Positions 27,346-35,608 of a stretch of DNA of 64,000 nucleotides are shown piece by piece. The position numbers were made by a program, and so were the translations under genes. The notes below the pieces were generated by a model, which made no database searches, was not told the origin of the DNA, and saw nothing but the letters and a program-made list of their open reading frames with translations. Each line of letters opens with the position of its first letter. Position 1 is the first letter of the stretch. The DNA is from an uncultured SAR86 cluster bacterium (GTDB lineage: Bacteria > Pseudomonadota > Gammaproteobacteria > Magnimaribacterales > TMED112). The stretch spans positions 20,877-84,876 of the forward strand of contig CACHFV010000003.1 in assembly GCA_902579195.1 (NCBI GenBank), written 5' to 3'.

Positions 27346-28506
27346 TTATCTTTTTTTAGATATTGATTGATCAAGAATTTTAGAGACATGGAACGCATTT
27401 TTTGATGATATTTCATTTGCTAAATCATCGATGATGTCTTCAATACTATCCCCTTTAGCAATTCTAAGTTTTGCTTTATCAAGGGCATCATGTTTAGTTT
27501 TGCTTAATCTAGCTCTTACACGTTTTTGCTCTTTATTGAGAATTTTTTTATTTTTTAATCTCAAGAATTCTGTTTCTGCAGATTCAGAAATTATAGATTC
27601 AGCTTTAGTGACAGCATTTTTTCTACCTTTAAGATTGAATTCAACCATACGACTGATTTCATCAAGTATCAATAACTCAATAGATGGTAATTCTTTGATC
27701 TTTTCATCTAAGTTACGAGGTATGGCTAAATCAAAAATGAGTTTTGCATCCATGCCTATCATGTCCTCAGACGTTATGAAGGGTGCATCCCCTGAAGCTG
27801 CAACAACTATTACTTTATTTTGATTCAAATATTCCTTAAGTTGGTCTAGCGGTTTGCTTACTATTCCTTCTATGGAAACAGAAGACCTATTAAAAAGATC
27901 GATTTTATAGTCCTTCTCAACCAGTCTTTTGATTAAGGTTTTACCAACCTCACCTGCACCGATAACCATTACCTCTTTTAAATTGTTTTTTTGAATCTCA
28001 CTTTCAACTAATGATGCAATTGATAAAGGATTTTTTGAAAGGTTCGTTTCAGTTCTAATATCTTTTGCTAAATGAATTGCTTTTGAAAAAACACCATCTA
28101 ATTCAGAATTAACAAAGTTATGTTTTTGAGAATTTTTAAGTGATTTCTTCACTTGCCCAAAAATATCTGGCTCTCCTACAATCATAGAATCAATTCCTGT
28201 CATTACCCTTAAAAGATGTTTGAATGCCTCATGGCCAGCAAAAAGGAATTGATCATTTTTCCTTACACCCAATTTCTTATCAATAACCTTCTCAACATAT
28301 AAATCAAATTTTTTAATATCTATTCTTGAGCAAAATGAATAAAATTCTGTTCTATTGCAGGTCGAAAGAAAAATTCCATTTGAAAAAGGAGTTTCTGTAA
28401 TTAATTTTGTGATTATTTGATCTATTTCGTCTTTATTAAACGCAAATTTTTCTCTAACCTCTAATGAGGTAGACTTATGACTTATGCCCCAACAATGAAA
28501 TTCCAT
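27346..28506 (-). CDS. hemA: Glutamyl-tRNA reductase
   Basis: N-terminus GISHKSTSLEVREKF (E. coli [15 protein letters not shown]), catalytic LSTCNRTEFY and the NADPH-binding motif VIGAGEVGK. Confidence 0.9.
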   Translation of the reverse strand: MEFHCWGISHKSTSLEVREKFAFNKDEIDQIITKLITETPFSNGIFLSTCNRTEFYSFCSRIDIKKFDLYVEKVIDKKLGVRKNDQFLFAGHEAFKHLLRVMTGIDSMIVGEPDIFGQVKKSLKNSQKHNFVNSELDGVFSKAIHLAKDIRTETNLSKNPLSIASLVESEIQKNNLKEVMVIGAGEVGKTLIKRLVEKDYKIDLFNRSSVSIEGIVSKPLDQLKEYLNQNKVIVVAASGDAPFITSEDMIGMDAKLIFDLAIPRNLDEKIKELPSIELLILDEISRMVEFNLKGRKNAVTKAESIISESAETEFLRLKNKKILNKEQKRVRARLSKTKHDALDKAKLRIAKGDSIEDIIDDLANEISSKNAFHVSKILDQSISKKR

Positions 28507-28914
28507 AATTTTATTAATACACCCAAAATTCTTCTTTTATTAGCAATAATTTTATCTGGATGTGCAAGTTTAAGTATATACGACAAAACATACAATCTAG
28601 AGGGGAAAATATCTTACGTATCTTCTGAAAATTCATTTATTGCCAAAGCTATAATTAAAATTGAAAACGAAATGATTCATGTTGAAATTTCAGATAATTT
28701 TCTTCAAAGAAATTTTTTAAATGCAAAGTCAAAAATTGGTGGCCAATGGGAGGTTGTCGGCAATCAAGAAGATTTTGATATGAATCTTTTACCTTCATCT
28801 GAAATTTTATATAGATTAATCATTAAAGAATGTAATAAAAACAGTATCTGTAGAATTAATCAAACATATAACAACAACAACCATGAGGTTAAATTTATTT
28901 TAAATGCAAATTGA
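28495..28914 (+). CDS. lolB: LolB-like outer-membrane lipoprotein (short form)
   Basis: Lipobox ILSGC. The position between divergent hemA and ispE is conserved, as in E. coli. The beta-rich pattern GKISYVSSENSFIAKAII resembles LolB RGAFAYISDQQKVYARFF. The ORF track starts at 28477, but ATG 28495 gives a canonical signal peptide. Confidence 0.5.
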   Translation: MKFHNFINTPKILLLLAIILSGCASLSIYDKTYNLEGKISYVSSENSFIAKAIIKIENEMIHVEISDNFLQRNFLNAKSKIGGQWEVVGNQEDFDMNLLPSSEILYRLIIKECNKNSICRINQTYNNNNHEVKFILNAN

Positions 28915-29695
28915 AGTTAGTTCTTATGCAAAGATAAATAGCTTTCTTAATGTTCTGGGGAAAAGAGCAGATGGCTATCATGAAATTTATACTCATTTTC
29001 AGCTGCTTGACCTTAAAGATGCATTATTTTTCTCTACGAGCTCACAAAACCAAGCATTTTGTGACGGCATAACCCCAGAGGAAAATATAATTCTAAAATC
29101 TATCAAGTGGTTCAATAATAAATTTGGTAAAAGCCAGCATTTTTCGGTAACAGTAGAAAAAAATATCCCTATGGGTGCAGGCCTTGGTGGGGGCAGCTCA
29201 AATGCAGCAGCCACTTTATGTTTCCTATGCGATTATCATGGCATTGAAAGAAGATTATTGGATTTTCATGAAATATCTTTTCAGCTAGGTGCGGATATAC
29301 CAATTTTTATCTTTGGAAAGAGTGCTTTTGCTTCAGGTATTGGAGAAAAAATTGAAGAAGAGTCCAGCGATAAATCAAGCTATATCTTGATTAGCCCAGA
29401 TATCAATATTTCAACAAAATTACTTTTCTCTTCTAAAGATTTAATTTTATGTGATGAAATTGATTTTGAGCTAAATAGTTTTTTAGAGCCTTTGATTAAA
29501 TGCAGTTCAGAATTTAATGATTTTTATAACAGCTTTAGAGAATTTTTAAATGAAGAGGAATTCAATAAATTGCAGTTGACTGGCACTGGATCAACATTAT
29601 TTATTAAAAATCCCAGTGAAACCCTTATAGAAAAAATTCATGCAAAAAATTGCGAGAATTTTAGAGTTTTTTTAACTAAAGCATTAGAATACTAA
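28904..29695 (+). CDS. ispE: 4-diphosphocytidyl-2-C-methyl-D-erythritol kinase
   Basis: AKINSFLNVLGKRADGYHE and the GHMP kinase motif PMGAGLGGGSSNAA. lolB-ispE-prs synteny. Confidence 0.85.
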   Translation: MQIEVSSYAKINSFLNVLGKRADGYHEIYTHFQLLDLKDALFFSTSSQNQAFCDGITPEENIILKSIKWFNNKFGKSQHFSVTVEKNIPMGAGLGGGSSNAAATLCFLCDYHGIERRLLDFHEISFQLGADIPIFIFGKSAFASGIGEKIEEESSDKSSYILISPDINISTKLLFSSKDLILCDEIDFELNSFLEPLIKCSSEFNDFYNSFREFLNEEEFNKLQLTGTGSTLFIKNPSETLIEKIHAKNCENFRVFLTKALEY

Positions 29696-29706
29696 CTCTG
29701 GTATAT

Positions 29707-29781
29707 TGGGGTGTGGCCAAGTGGTAAGGCAGCGCCTTTTGGTGGCGCCATTCGTAGGTTCGAATCCTACCACCCCAGCCA
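29707..29781 (+). tRNA. tRNA-Gln (anticodon UUG)
   Basis: TGGGGTGTGGCCAAGTGGTAAGGCAGCGCCTTTTGGTGGCGCCATTCGTAGGTTCGAATCCTACCACCCCAGCCA. Acceptor stem TGGGGTG/CACCCCA, anticodon stem GCGCC/GGCGC with loop TTTTGGT, T arm GTAGG-TTCGAAT-CCTAC and an encoded CCA. Confidence 0.95.
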
Positions 29782-29798
29782 TTAAAATAGGACAAAAA

Positions 29799-30746
29799 TT
29801 GGATAATCAAATTATTTTTACAGGAAACTCAAATCCTAACTTAGCGCGGAGAATTGCAGATAACCTTAATACTAAGCTGGGTGCTATAAAAGTTGATACT
29901 TTTAGTGATGGTGAGATAAATGTAGAGATACAAGAAAATGTCCGAGGCAAAGAAACATATATCATTCAATCTACAAATAATCCTGCACATAAAAATATTA
30001 TGGAGCTTTTATTGATTGCTGATGCATTGAAAAGAGCTTCAGCAAGATCTATCACAGCAGTGATTCCTTATTTTGGATACTCACGACAAGATAGACGCGT
30101 TAGATCAGCTAGAGTACCAATAAGTGCAAAAGTTGTTGCAGACATGCTGTCAAATGTTGGCATATCAAGAGTCATTACATTAGATATTCACTCAGAACAG
30201 TTGCAAGGCTTTTTTGCTTTCCCAGTGGATAACATTTACACCGCAAATATTATGGTAAAAAGCCTCATAGATGAGTATGACGTTAATGAACTGCAAGTAG
30301 TTTCTCCTGATCTTGGCGGTGTCATAAGAGCAAGATCAGTTGCGAAAACCCTTGAGATTCAAGATCTAGCCATAATTGATAAAAGAAGAGAGAAGGCAAA
30401 TGAATCTGAAGTTATCAATTTAATTGGAGAGGTTGAAGGTAAAGTATGTATTGTTCCAGATGATTTAATTGATACAGCTGGCACTTTGAGTAATGCAAGC
30501 CATGCGCTTAAAGATAAAGGCGCAAAGGAAATAATTGCATTCATTACTCATCCAGTATTGTCAGGGAATGCCATCGAAAACCTCAATAATTCAGCAATTG
30601 ATAAGTTGGTAGTATCAAACTCTATCGATATAGATGACAAATCGAAAAAATGTCCTAAAATAGACGTCTTTGATATAGCACCAGTGTTATCTAAAGCAAT
30701 AACAAGACTAACAACTGGTGAATCAATAAGTGAACTTTTTAGATAA
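29799..30746 (+). CDS. prs: Ribose-phosphate pyrophosphokinase
   Basis: IIFTGNSNPNLARRIA, FSDGEINVEIQENVRG and VIPYFGYSRQDRR are colinear with E. coli Prs. The ORF-track start (29706) runs through tRNA-Gln. I place the start at TTG 29799, with AGGA 6 nt upstream. Confidence 0.93.
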   Translation: MDNQIIFTGNSNPNLARRIADNLNTKLGAIKVDTFSDGEINVEIQENVRGKETYIIQSTNNPAHKNIMELLLIADALKRASARSITAVIPYFGYSRQDRRVRSARVPISAKVVADMLSNVGISRVITLDIHSEQLQGFFAFPVDNIYTANIMVKSLIDEYDVNELQVVSPDLGGVIRARSVAKTLEIQDLAIIDKRREKANESEVINLIGEVEGKVCIVPDDLIDTAGTLSNASHALKDKGAKEIIAFITHPVLSGNAIENLNNSAIDKLVVSNSIDIDDKSKKCPKIDVFDIAPVLSKAITRLTTGESISELFR

Positions 30747-31450
30747 TGGAAAATATAAAATTTAAAGCAGAACAAAGAGAAAAGACCGGTGGTCTATCAT
30801 CAAAACAATCTATTTATGATGACAGGAAAATTCCTGGAATTATTTATGGCGGAAAAGATGAGCCTTTGCCAATTTTGATAAATGAGAATGACCTTATCAG
30901 AGTAACCTCCAATGCTGGTTTATTTAACTCACTAGTTGAAGTTGAGGTTGGTGATAAAAAAGAAATGGTTGTATTTAAAGAAGTTCAAAAACATCCATCA
31001 AAAAATGTTTTTACTCATGTTGATCTACAAAGAGTGGTCGACGGAACAAAAATTAACGTTGTTGTACCAGTTGTCTTGTTAAATCAAGAAAAATGCTTTG
31101 GTGTCAAAATTGAAGGTGGCGTTATAAACCATGTTTTAAAAGAAGTTTCAGTATTGGCAGACCCAAATAATATTCCTGAATCAATTGATGTAGATATGGA
31201 AGATATCAAATCAAAAGAAAAGGTAAGACTGAGCATGCTTAAAAATGATGGAGCTTATGATTTCCCATCAACTCTTAAAAACCAAGATCCTGTGTTAGTA
31301 TCTGTTCTAACTGCAAGAGGTGGAGGCATGTCTCTTGAAGATGAGCTAGAGGAAGAGGCGGCAACCGAAGGCGAGGAAACTGCTGATTCAGGTGATGAGA
31401 AAGCTGCTGAAGAAAATACTTCAGATAATTCTGAAGAACAATCCAAATAA
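30746..31450 (+). CDS. rplY: 50S ribosomal protein L25 / general stress protein Ctc (long form with acidic tail)
   Basis: REKTGGLSSKQ...IPGIIYGG and HPSKNVFTHVDLQRV. Conserved prs-rplY-pth order. Asp/Glu-rich C-terminal tail. Confidence 0.85.
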   Translation: MENIKFKAEQREKTGGLSSKQSIYDDRKIPGIIYGGKDEPLPILINENDLIRVTSNAGLFNSLVEVEVGDKKEMVVFKEVQKHPSKNVFTHVDLQRVVDGTKINVVVPVVLLNQEKCFGVKIEGGVINHVLKEVSVLADPNNIPESIDVDMEDIKSKEKVRLSMLKNDGAYDFPSTLKNQDPVLVSVLTARGGGMSLEDELEEEAATEGEETADSGDEKAAEENTSDNSEEQSK

Positions 31451-31451
31451 T

Positions 31452-32021
31452 TTGTTAGATCTTTGCATCATTGGCTTAGGCAATCCAGGAGATAAACATT
31501 TTAAAACCAGGCATAATGCTGGTTATGACTACCTTGAAAAACTTTGCAATGATCTGGGTGTCGTTTTAGCTCCAAATAAAAAACTTGATGGCCATTATGG
31601 AGAGGCTGTTATAAATGATCTAAAGATTGGCTTTCTTAAACCTAATGAGTACATAAATAATAGTGGTAAATCAGTTCTTCTGGTTAAAAAATATCATGTT
31701 AAAAACTTAACAGATATTTTAGTAATCCATGATGATATGGACCTAGAGCCTGGAGAAGTCAAACTGAAAGAAGGTGGTGGTCATGGCGGACACAATGGTC
31801 TCAAGGATATCATTGCAAAAGCAGGTAAAGATTTTGTTCGATTAAGATTTGGTATCGGGCACCCTCCTACCAAACAAGAAACAAATGCATGGGTGATAAA
31901 AAAACCAAACCCACAAGAAAAACAAGGCCTAGAAGAATCCTTTGCAAAAGCAGATTCTGCCAGAGATTCTATCCTGGAAAAAAAATGGCTAATTGCCATG
32001 AACGAACTTCATAAAAAATGA
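31452..32021 (+). CDS. pth: Peptidyl-tRNA hydrolase
   Basis: CIIGLGNPGDKHFKTRHNAGYD and NNSGKSV motifs. The start is probably TTG 31452, just after the rplY stop. The ATG at 31392 would add a 20-aa extension overlapping rplY that has no counterpart in Pth. Confidence 0.88.
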   Translation: MLDLCIIGLGNPGDKHFKTRHNAGYDYLEKLCNDLGVVLAPNKKLDGHYGEAVINDLKIGFLKPNEYINNSGKSVLLVKKYHVKNLTDILVIHDDMDLEPGEVKLKEGGGHGGHNGLKDIIAKAGKDFVRLRFGIGHPPTKQETNAWVIKKPNPQEKQGLEESFAKADSARDSILEKKWLIAMNELHKK

Positions 32022-33106
32022 GCATTAAATGTGGCATAGTTGGATTACCCAACGTAGGCAAATCTACGTTATTCAATGCATTAACTTCGCAAAAAATTGA
32101 TGCTGAGAATTTTCCATTCTGCACTATCGAACCAAACATAGCTCGTGTAAATATACCTGATACTAGATTGGATAAACTTTCAGCACTAGTAAATCCTGAG
32201 AAAACTATTCCATCATTTATGGAATTTGTTGATATTGCAGGTTTAGTTAAGGGTGCGCACTCAGGTGAGGGTCTTGGTAACAAATTTTTATCACATATTA
32301 GAGAAACTCAATGTTTTGCACATGTAATTAGATGTTTTGATGATGAAAATGTTATTCATGTTGAGGGCAAAGTATCCCCACTTGAAGATCTTGAAACAAT
32401 TGATACAGAACTCATACTGGCAGACCTTGAAATAATTGTTAAGCGCAAAGAGCGTATAGGGAAACAGTTAAGAAATGGAGATAAGGCAACGCAATTTGAA
32501 TTTGATCTATTGGAAAAGATTGAAAATCATTTAAATGAAACAAAACCCATTAGAGATTTATCTTTTGAACCTAACGAACTTGAGATTTTAAAACAAATTC
32601 AGCTAGTAACTGCCAAACCATTTTTTTTCATTGCTAATTTGCATGAGGATGAAGGAAAAAATTTACATTATTCATCCTTAGAAGAGTATGCCGCTAAATA
32701 TGATCTTCCTGTTATCAAGGTGTTTGCTAAAGCTGAAGGCGAATTGGTTGATTTAGAGCCTAGTGAAAAAATAGAATACCTTGAAATGCTTGGGCTTCAA
32801 GAACCAGCACTGAATGTAGTTATAAGAAAGGGATATGAGATGCTAAATTTATTCTCATACTTTACTGCGGGCCCTAAAGAAGTGAGAGCATGGTCAGTTA
32901 AAACAGGCTCGACTGCTCCTCAAGCTGCTGGAAAAATTCATACAGATTTTGAAAAAGGATTTATCAAGGCAGAAGTTATTGGTTTTGATGATTACATATC
33001 TTGTGGCGGGGAGCTTAAAGCGAAAGAACAAGGCAAATTAAGAATTGAAGGCAAAGATTACATTGTTAAAGATGGTGATGTTATTCACTTTAGATTTAAT
33101 GTGTAA
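32018..33106 (+). CDS. ychF: Ribosome-binding ATPase YchF (Obg-family GTPase fold)
   Basis: GIVGLPNVGKSTLFNALT, FVDIAGLVKGAH and the C-terminal TGS domain IHTDFEKGFIKAEV. Confidence 0.95.
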   Translation: MSIKCGIVGLPNVGKSTLFNALTSQKIDAENFPFCTIEPNIARVNIPDTRLDKLSALVNPEKTIPSFMEFVDIAGLVKGAHSGEGLGNKFLSHIRETQCFAHVIRCFDDENVIHVEGKVSPLEDLETIDTELILADLEIIVKRKERIGKQLRNGDKATQFEFDLLEKIENHLNETKPIRDLSFEPNELEILKQIQLVTAKPFFFIANLHEDEGKNLHYSSLEEYAAKYDLPVIKVFAKAEGELVDLEPSEKIEYLEMLGLQEPALNVVIRKGYEMLNLFSYFTAGPKEVRAWSVKTGSTAPQAAGKIHTDFEKGFIKAEVIGFDDYISCGGELKAKEQGKLRIEGKDYIVKDGDVIHFRFNV

Positions 33107-33151
33107 ATTGATGTAATTAAAAATTAATTATTTATAATTACTTTCTGCATT

Positions 33152-33228
33152 GGCTATGTAGCTCAGCTGGTTAGAGCACAGCATTCATAATGCTGGGGTC
33201 GGTGGTTCAAGTCCACCCATAGCCACCA
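33152..33228 (+). tRNA. tRNA-Met (elongator, anticodon CAU). A lysidine-modified tRNA-Ile2 cannot be strictly excluded
   Basis: GGCTATGTAGCTCAGCTGGTTAGAGCACAGCATTCATAATGCTGGGGTCGGTGGTTCAAGTCCACCCATAGCCACCA. Acceptor stem GGCTATG/CATAGCC and anticodon stem CAGCA/TGCTG with loop TTCATAA. It closely resembles E. coli elongator tRNA-Met. Confidence 0.9.
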
Positions 33229-33243
33229 TTCTCTTATAAGAAT

Positions 33244-33477
33244 CTATTTCCTTGCAACAGCAAAAATGATTGCTATTGAAACAAGTGCAATAACACCATC
33301 TTGGCCTATATCAGTAAGAATTTGTGAGAAGTTTTGATAGACAGCTCCAATAAAGGCAGAGTCAGGTCCAAATAAAACTCCTAAAAGAAGTGATACTGAA
33401 GTTACTAGCAATAGAACTTGGGTAAGCTTTTCTAGGAACTTCTGAAGTTTGTCAAAGTTAAAGTCAAAAAATTTCAT
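33244..33477 (-). CDS. Small two-helix membrane protein, paralogue B (77 aa from ATG 33477; the ORF track starts at TTG 33483)
   Basis: The ORF MKFFDFNFDKLQKFLEKLTQVLLLVTSVSLLLGVLFGPDSAFIGAVYQNFSQILTDIGQDGVIALVSIAIIFAVARK has two hydrophobic helices. It aligns without gaps to the upstream ORF (18/65 identities). No family recognised. Confidence 0.5.
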   Translation of the reverse strand: MKFFDFNFDKLQKFLEKLTQVLLLVTSVSLLLGVLFGPDSAFIGAVYQNFSQILTDIGQDGVIALVSIAIIFAVARK

Positions 33478-33489
33478 TTTCAAATAAGC

Positions 33490-33509
33490 GTGAGGGCCTA
33501 AGCCCTCAC
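33490..33509 (-). terminator. GC-rich hairpin between the two small membrane-protein genes (attenuator/partial terminator or processing site)
   Basis: GTGAGGGC-CTAA-GCCCTCAC is a perfect 8-bp stem with a 4-nt loop. On the reverse strand it is followed by GCTTATTTG, a weak U tract. It lies 11 nt after the upstream stop and 12 nt before the downstream ATG. Confidence 0.45.
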
Positions 33510-33520
33510 ACTAAAATAGT

Positions 33521-33748
33521 TTATTTTATTTTAAGTACACCCATAATAATGAGAAGAACGATCAATCCACCTAGACCGCCTGCACCTAACATATCAACAT
33601 AACCCATAATTGTACCGATTACGTCGCCAACAAACCAGACGTTACCGCCAAATACGATCCCAGCAACAATACCAAGACCAATGACGCTAACAAGAACGCC
33701 TGTGAGACCATCTACGAAGTCTCTTACAGTTTTCATAATACTATCCAT
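33521..33748 (-). CDS. Small glycine-rich two-helix membrane protein, paralogue A (75 aa)
   Basis: MDSIMKTVRDFVDGLTGVLVSVIGLGIVAGIVFGGNVWFVGDVIGTIMGYVDMLGAGGLGGLIVLLIIMGVLKIK. ATG 33748 is preceded by GGGGGAA (33751-33757), a strong SD. The ORF-track start at 33784 lies inside the upstream palindrome/promoter and lacks an SD. Confidence 0.55.
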   Translation of the reverse strand: MDSIMKTVRDFVDGLTGVLVSVIGLGIVAGIVFGGNVWFVGDVIGTIMGYVDMLGAGGLGGLIVLLIIMGVLKIK

Positions 33749-33755
33749 ATTTCCC

Positions 33756-33773
33756 CCATGAAATAGTTCATGG
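33756..33773. promoter_or_regulatory. Perfect 7+7 inverted repeat CCATGAA-N4-TTCATGG abutting the SD of small protein A (operator or 5' stem-loop)
   Basis: The plus strand reads ccatgaa atag ttcatgg at 33756-33773. It sits between the predicted -10 (33776-33781) and the SD (33751-33757). Confidence 0.4.
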
Positions 33774-33775
33774 AT

Positions 33776-33803
33776 ATGGTACAAAATCGACTATTTTTGA
33801 CAA
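33776..33803 (-). promoter_or_regulatory. Putative sigma70-type promoter of the small-membrane-protein pair
   Basis: The reverse strand reads TTGTCA (33803-33798), a 16-nt spacer, then TACCAT (33781-33776). It lies in the only sizeable non-coding gap nearby (33785-33917). Confidence 0.35.
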
Positions 33804-33917
33804 ATTAATTTAAATTAGCATTTAACCACTAAAAATAAGGGTATGGGACAATATAAATCTGAATTATATATGCTTTAAAGCCCTGAAAACCACTAGATAT
33901 AGTGTTTTTGGGGGCAA

Positions 33918-35222
33918 TCAATCACTAAAAAAAACTTTTGGTGACAGGATATTCTTAGGATCAAGCGATTTTTTTATTTTTTGAAGAAGAAGGTATTTGC
34001 TCTGGTATTCAGGAAAATCTGACCAAATATTTTTCTTTCGTTGCCCTATACCATGTTCTGCGCTCGGTGACCCACCATAATCTTTTAGAAGAGAGTAAAC
34101 ATTTTCGATTAATTCAAGCTCTCGTTTCTTGGAAACAATATTTAGATGAACATTGCCATCTCCTAAATGACCAAATGAGTAAATTTCAGTTTGGCCTATC
34201 TCTTCTATTTTCAAGAGAAAGCTTCCTAACTGTTCGAGAGGAATACAAATATCCATCTTGTAAGCATTATTATCGGCAAGAATTACGGGAAGATCCTCTC
34301 TGTTAGCCCAAACCTCCTCAGCTTGTTTTGAATTAAGTAATGAAATGTTGAGTTCTTTTTCTGCCAAACTTTCCAAGCATTTCTCGATTTCAGCTGCATT
34401 ACTTGAAGCGAGCTGCACCAACACAAAATATTTTGCTTCAGGATTGCTTCCTAATAAGTTCTGACAATTTGTATCCCAATACTCTACTGAGGAAATTGCT
34501 TGTTTAATTTCTGGTTTCAATATTTCGTTTTTAATAACTTCTATATCATCTGTTTGAATTACCAAATCCTCTCTAATGGTTGGCTTTTCACATGTATTAA
34601 GCACGACTTCATAAATTATTCCAAGCGAGCCTTCTGAGCCAAAAAAGATTTCCATCAAATTTGGACCAGTTGAGTCTTTCTTAATCTCTTTTTGAAGTTC
34701 TAATATTTCACCAGTTGCTAAAATTACCTTCATTTTCGCAACATAATCTTTGGTTGATCCATATCTAATGAATTTTGCTCCAGCTGCATTTGTCGCAACA
34801 TTGCCCCCTATTGAGCTTGAGGATGACGATGATAGCGAGATAGGTAATAATCTATTGTTTTCATTAGCTAAAGCTTTTGCATCATCTGTAATTGCTCCAG
34901 CTTGGCATTTAATTTGTTGTTTATCTGCCAACCATTCAATTTTGTTCATCCTTTCAAGGGAGATTACAATTTCTTTTTGCGTAGCTGTTGCTCCGCCACA
35001 TAAACCTGTTCTACCTCCAGATGGGACTATTGGATAAGACTCATTGTTAGCTAAATTTACTAATTGAATTAGATCTTCTTTTGTTTCTGGGAAAAATATT
35101 GCTAATGGGTCTGGTTTGATACCTTTATACCAATCGGCTCCATATTTCTCAAAATAGTCATCGCTGACTTTAACCTTTTTATCGCCAAACTTATTTACTA
35201 ACTTATCTAAGACTTCACTCAT
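33918..35222 (-). CDS. FAD-linked oxidase (GlcD / D-lactate / D-2-hydroxyacid dehydrogenase family)
   Basis: FAD_binding_4-type PSGGRTGLCGGA, plus the C-terminal FAD-oxidase motifs GHLGDGNVHLNI and SAEHGIGQRKK. 434 aa. Confidence 0.8.
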   Translation of the reverse strand: MSEVLDKLVNKFGDKKVKVSDDYFEKYGADWYKGIKPDPLAIFFPETKEDLIQLVNLANNESYPIVPSGGRTGLCGGATATQKEIVISLERMNKIEWLADKQQIKCQAGAITDDAKALANENNRLLPISLSSSSSSSIGGNVATNAAGAKFIRYGSTKDYVAKMKVILATGEILELQKEIKKDSTGPNLMEIFFGSEGSLGIIYEVVLNTCEKPTIREDLVIQTDDIEVIKNEILKPEIKQAISSVEYWDTNCQNLLGSNPEAKYFVLVQLASSNAAEIEKCLESLAEKELNISLLNSKQAEEVWANREDLPVILADNNAYKMDICIPLEQLGSFLLKIEEIGQTEIYSFGHLGDGNVHLNIVSKKRELELIENVYSLLKDYGGSPSAEHGIGQRKKNIWSDFPEYQSKYLLLQKIKKSLDPKNILSPKVFFSD

Positions 35223-35608
35223 TTCTTAAAAACATAAAAGTTTCTGTATATAAAAACTGTTATAAAGCTAAAAATTGAGGCGATAACCTTTTGTAAAAGT
35301 ATATTTTCTACCCCAATCTTTATTAACAGTATAAACATTAGTGCTGTAATTACAGCTCCAATTACTCCGCCTAAGAAGTAAGCAAAAAACTCAATCGTTG
35401 GTTTGTCATTAAGCCATCCTTTTTGAAAAACATAGCGCTTAGCCAAAACAAAACTTACACATGTTCCTAAGAGGTAGCAAAAAAAAGCAACAAATGCGCG
35501 ATTAAAATTAAAAAAATAATCAACCAAAAACAGCACTGTGAAGTCAGCAACAAATGCGACACCATTTGTGCCTGCATATTTTGTAATTTTGATTATGAAG
35601 TTTCTCAA
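35219..35608 (-). CDS. GtrA-family membrane protein
   Basis: 129 aa with four hydrophobic helices. The N-terminus KYAGTNGVAFVADFTVLFLV is typical of the GtrA-like family. It has 4-nt overlaps with both neighbours. Confidence 0.6.
   Translation of the reverse strand: MRNFIIKITKYAGTNGVAFVADFTVLFLVDYFFNFNRAFVAFFCYLLGTCVSFVLAKRYVFQKGWLNDKPTIEFFAYFLGGVIGAVITALMFILLIKIGVENILLQKVIASIFSFITVFIYRNFYVFKK

Noticed and set aside
29706-29798. N-terminal extension of prs in the ORF track (MGCGQVVRQRLLVAPFVGSNPTTPA...)
   Set aside because: These codons are the tRNA-Gln gene read as protein. Prs homology begins at IIFTGNS, and a TTG with an AGGA RBS at 29799 fits.
31392-31451. Upstream ATG start for pth overlapping the rplY acidic tail
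   Set aside because: The 20-aa extension has no counterpart in Pth proteins, which start 3-5 residues before the GLGNPG motif. A TTG right after the rplY stop fits better. This is not proven.
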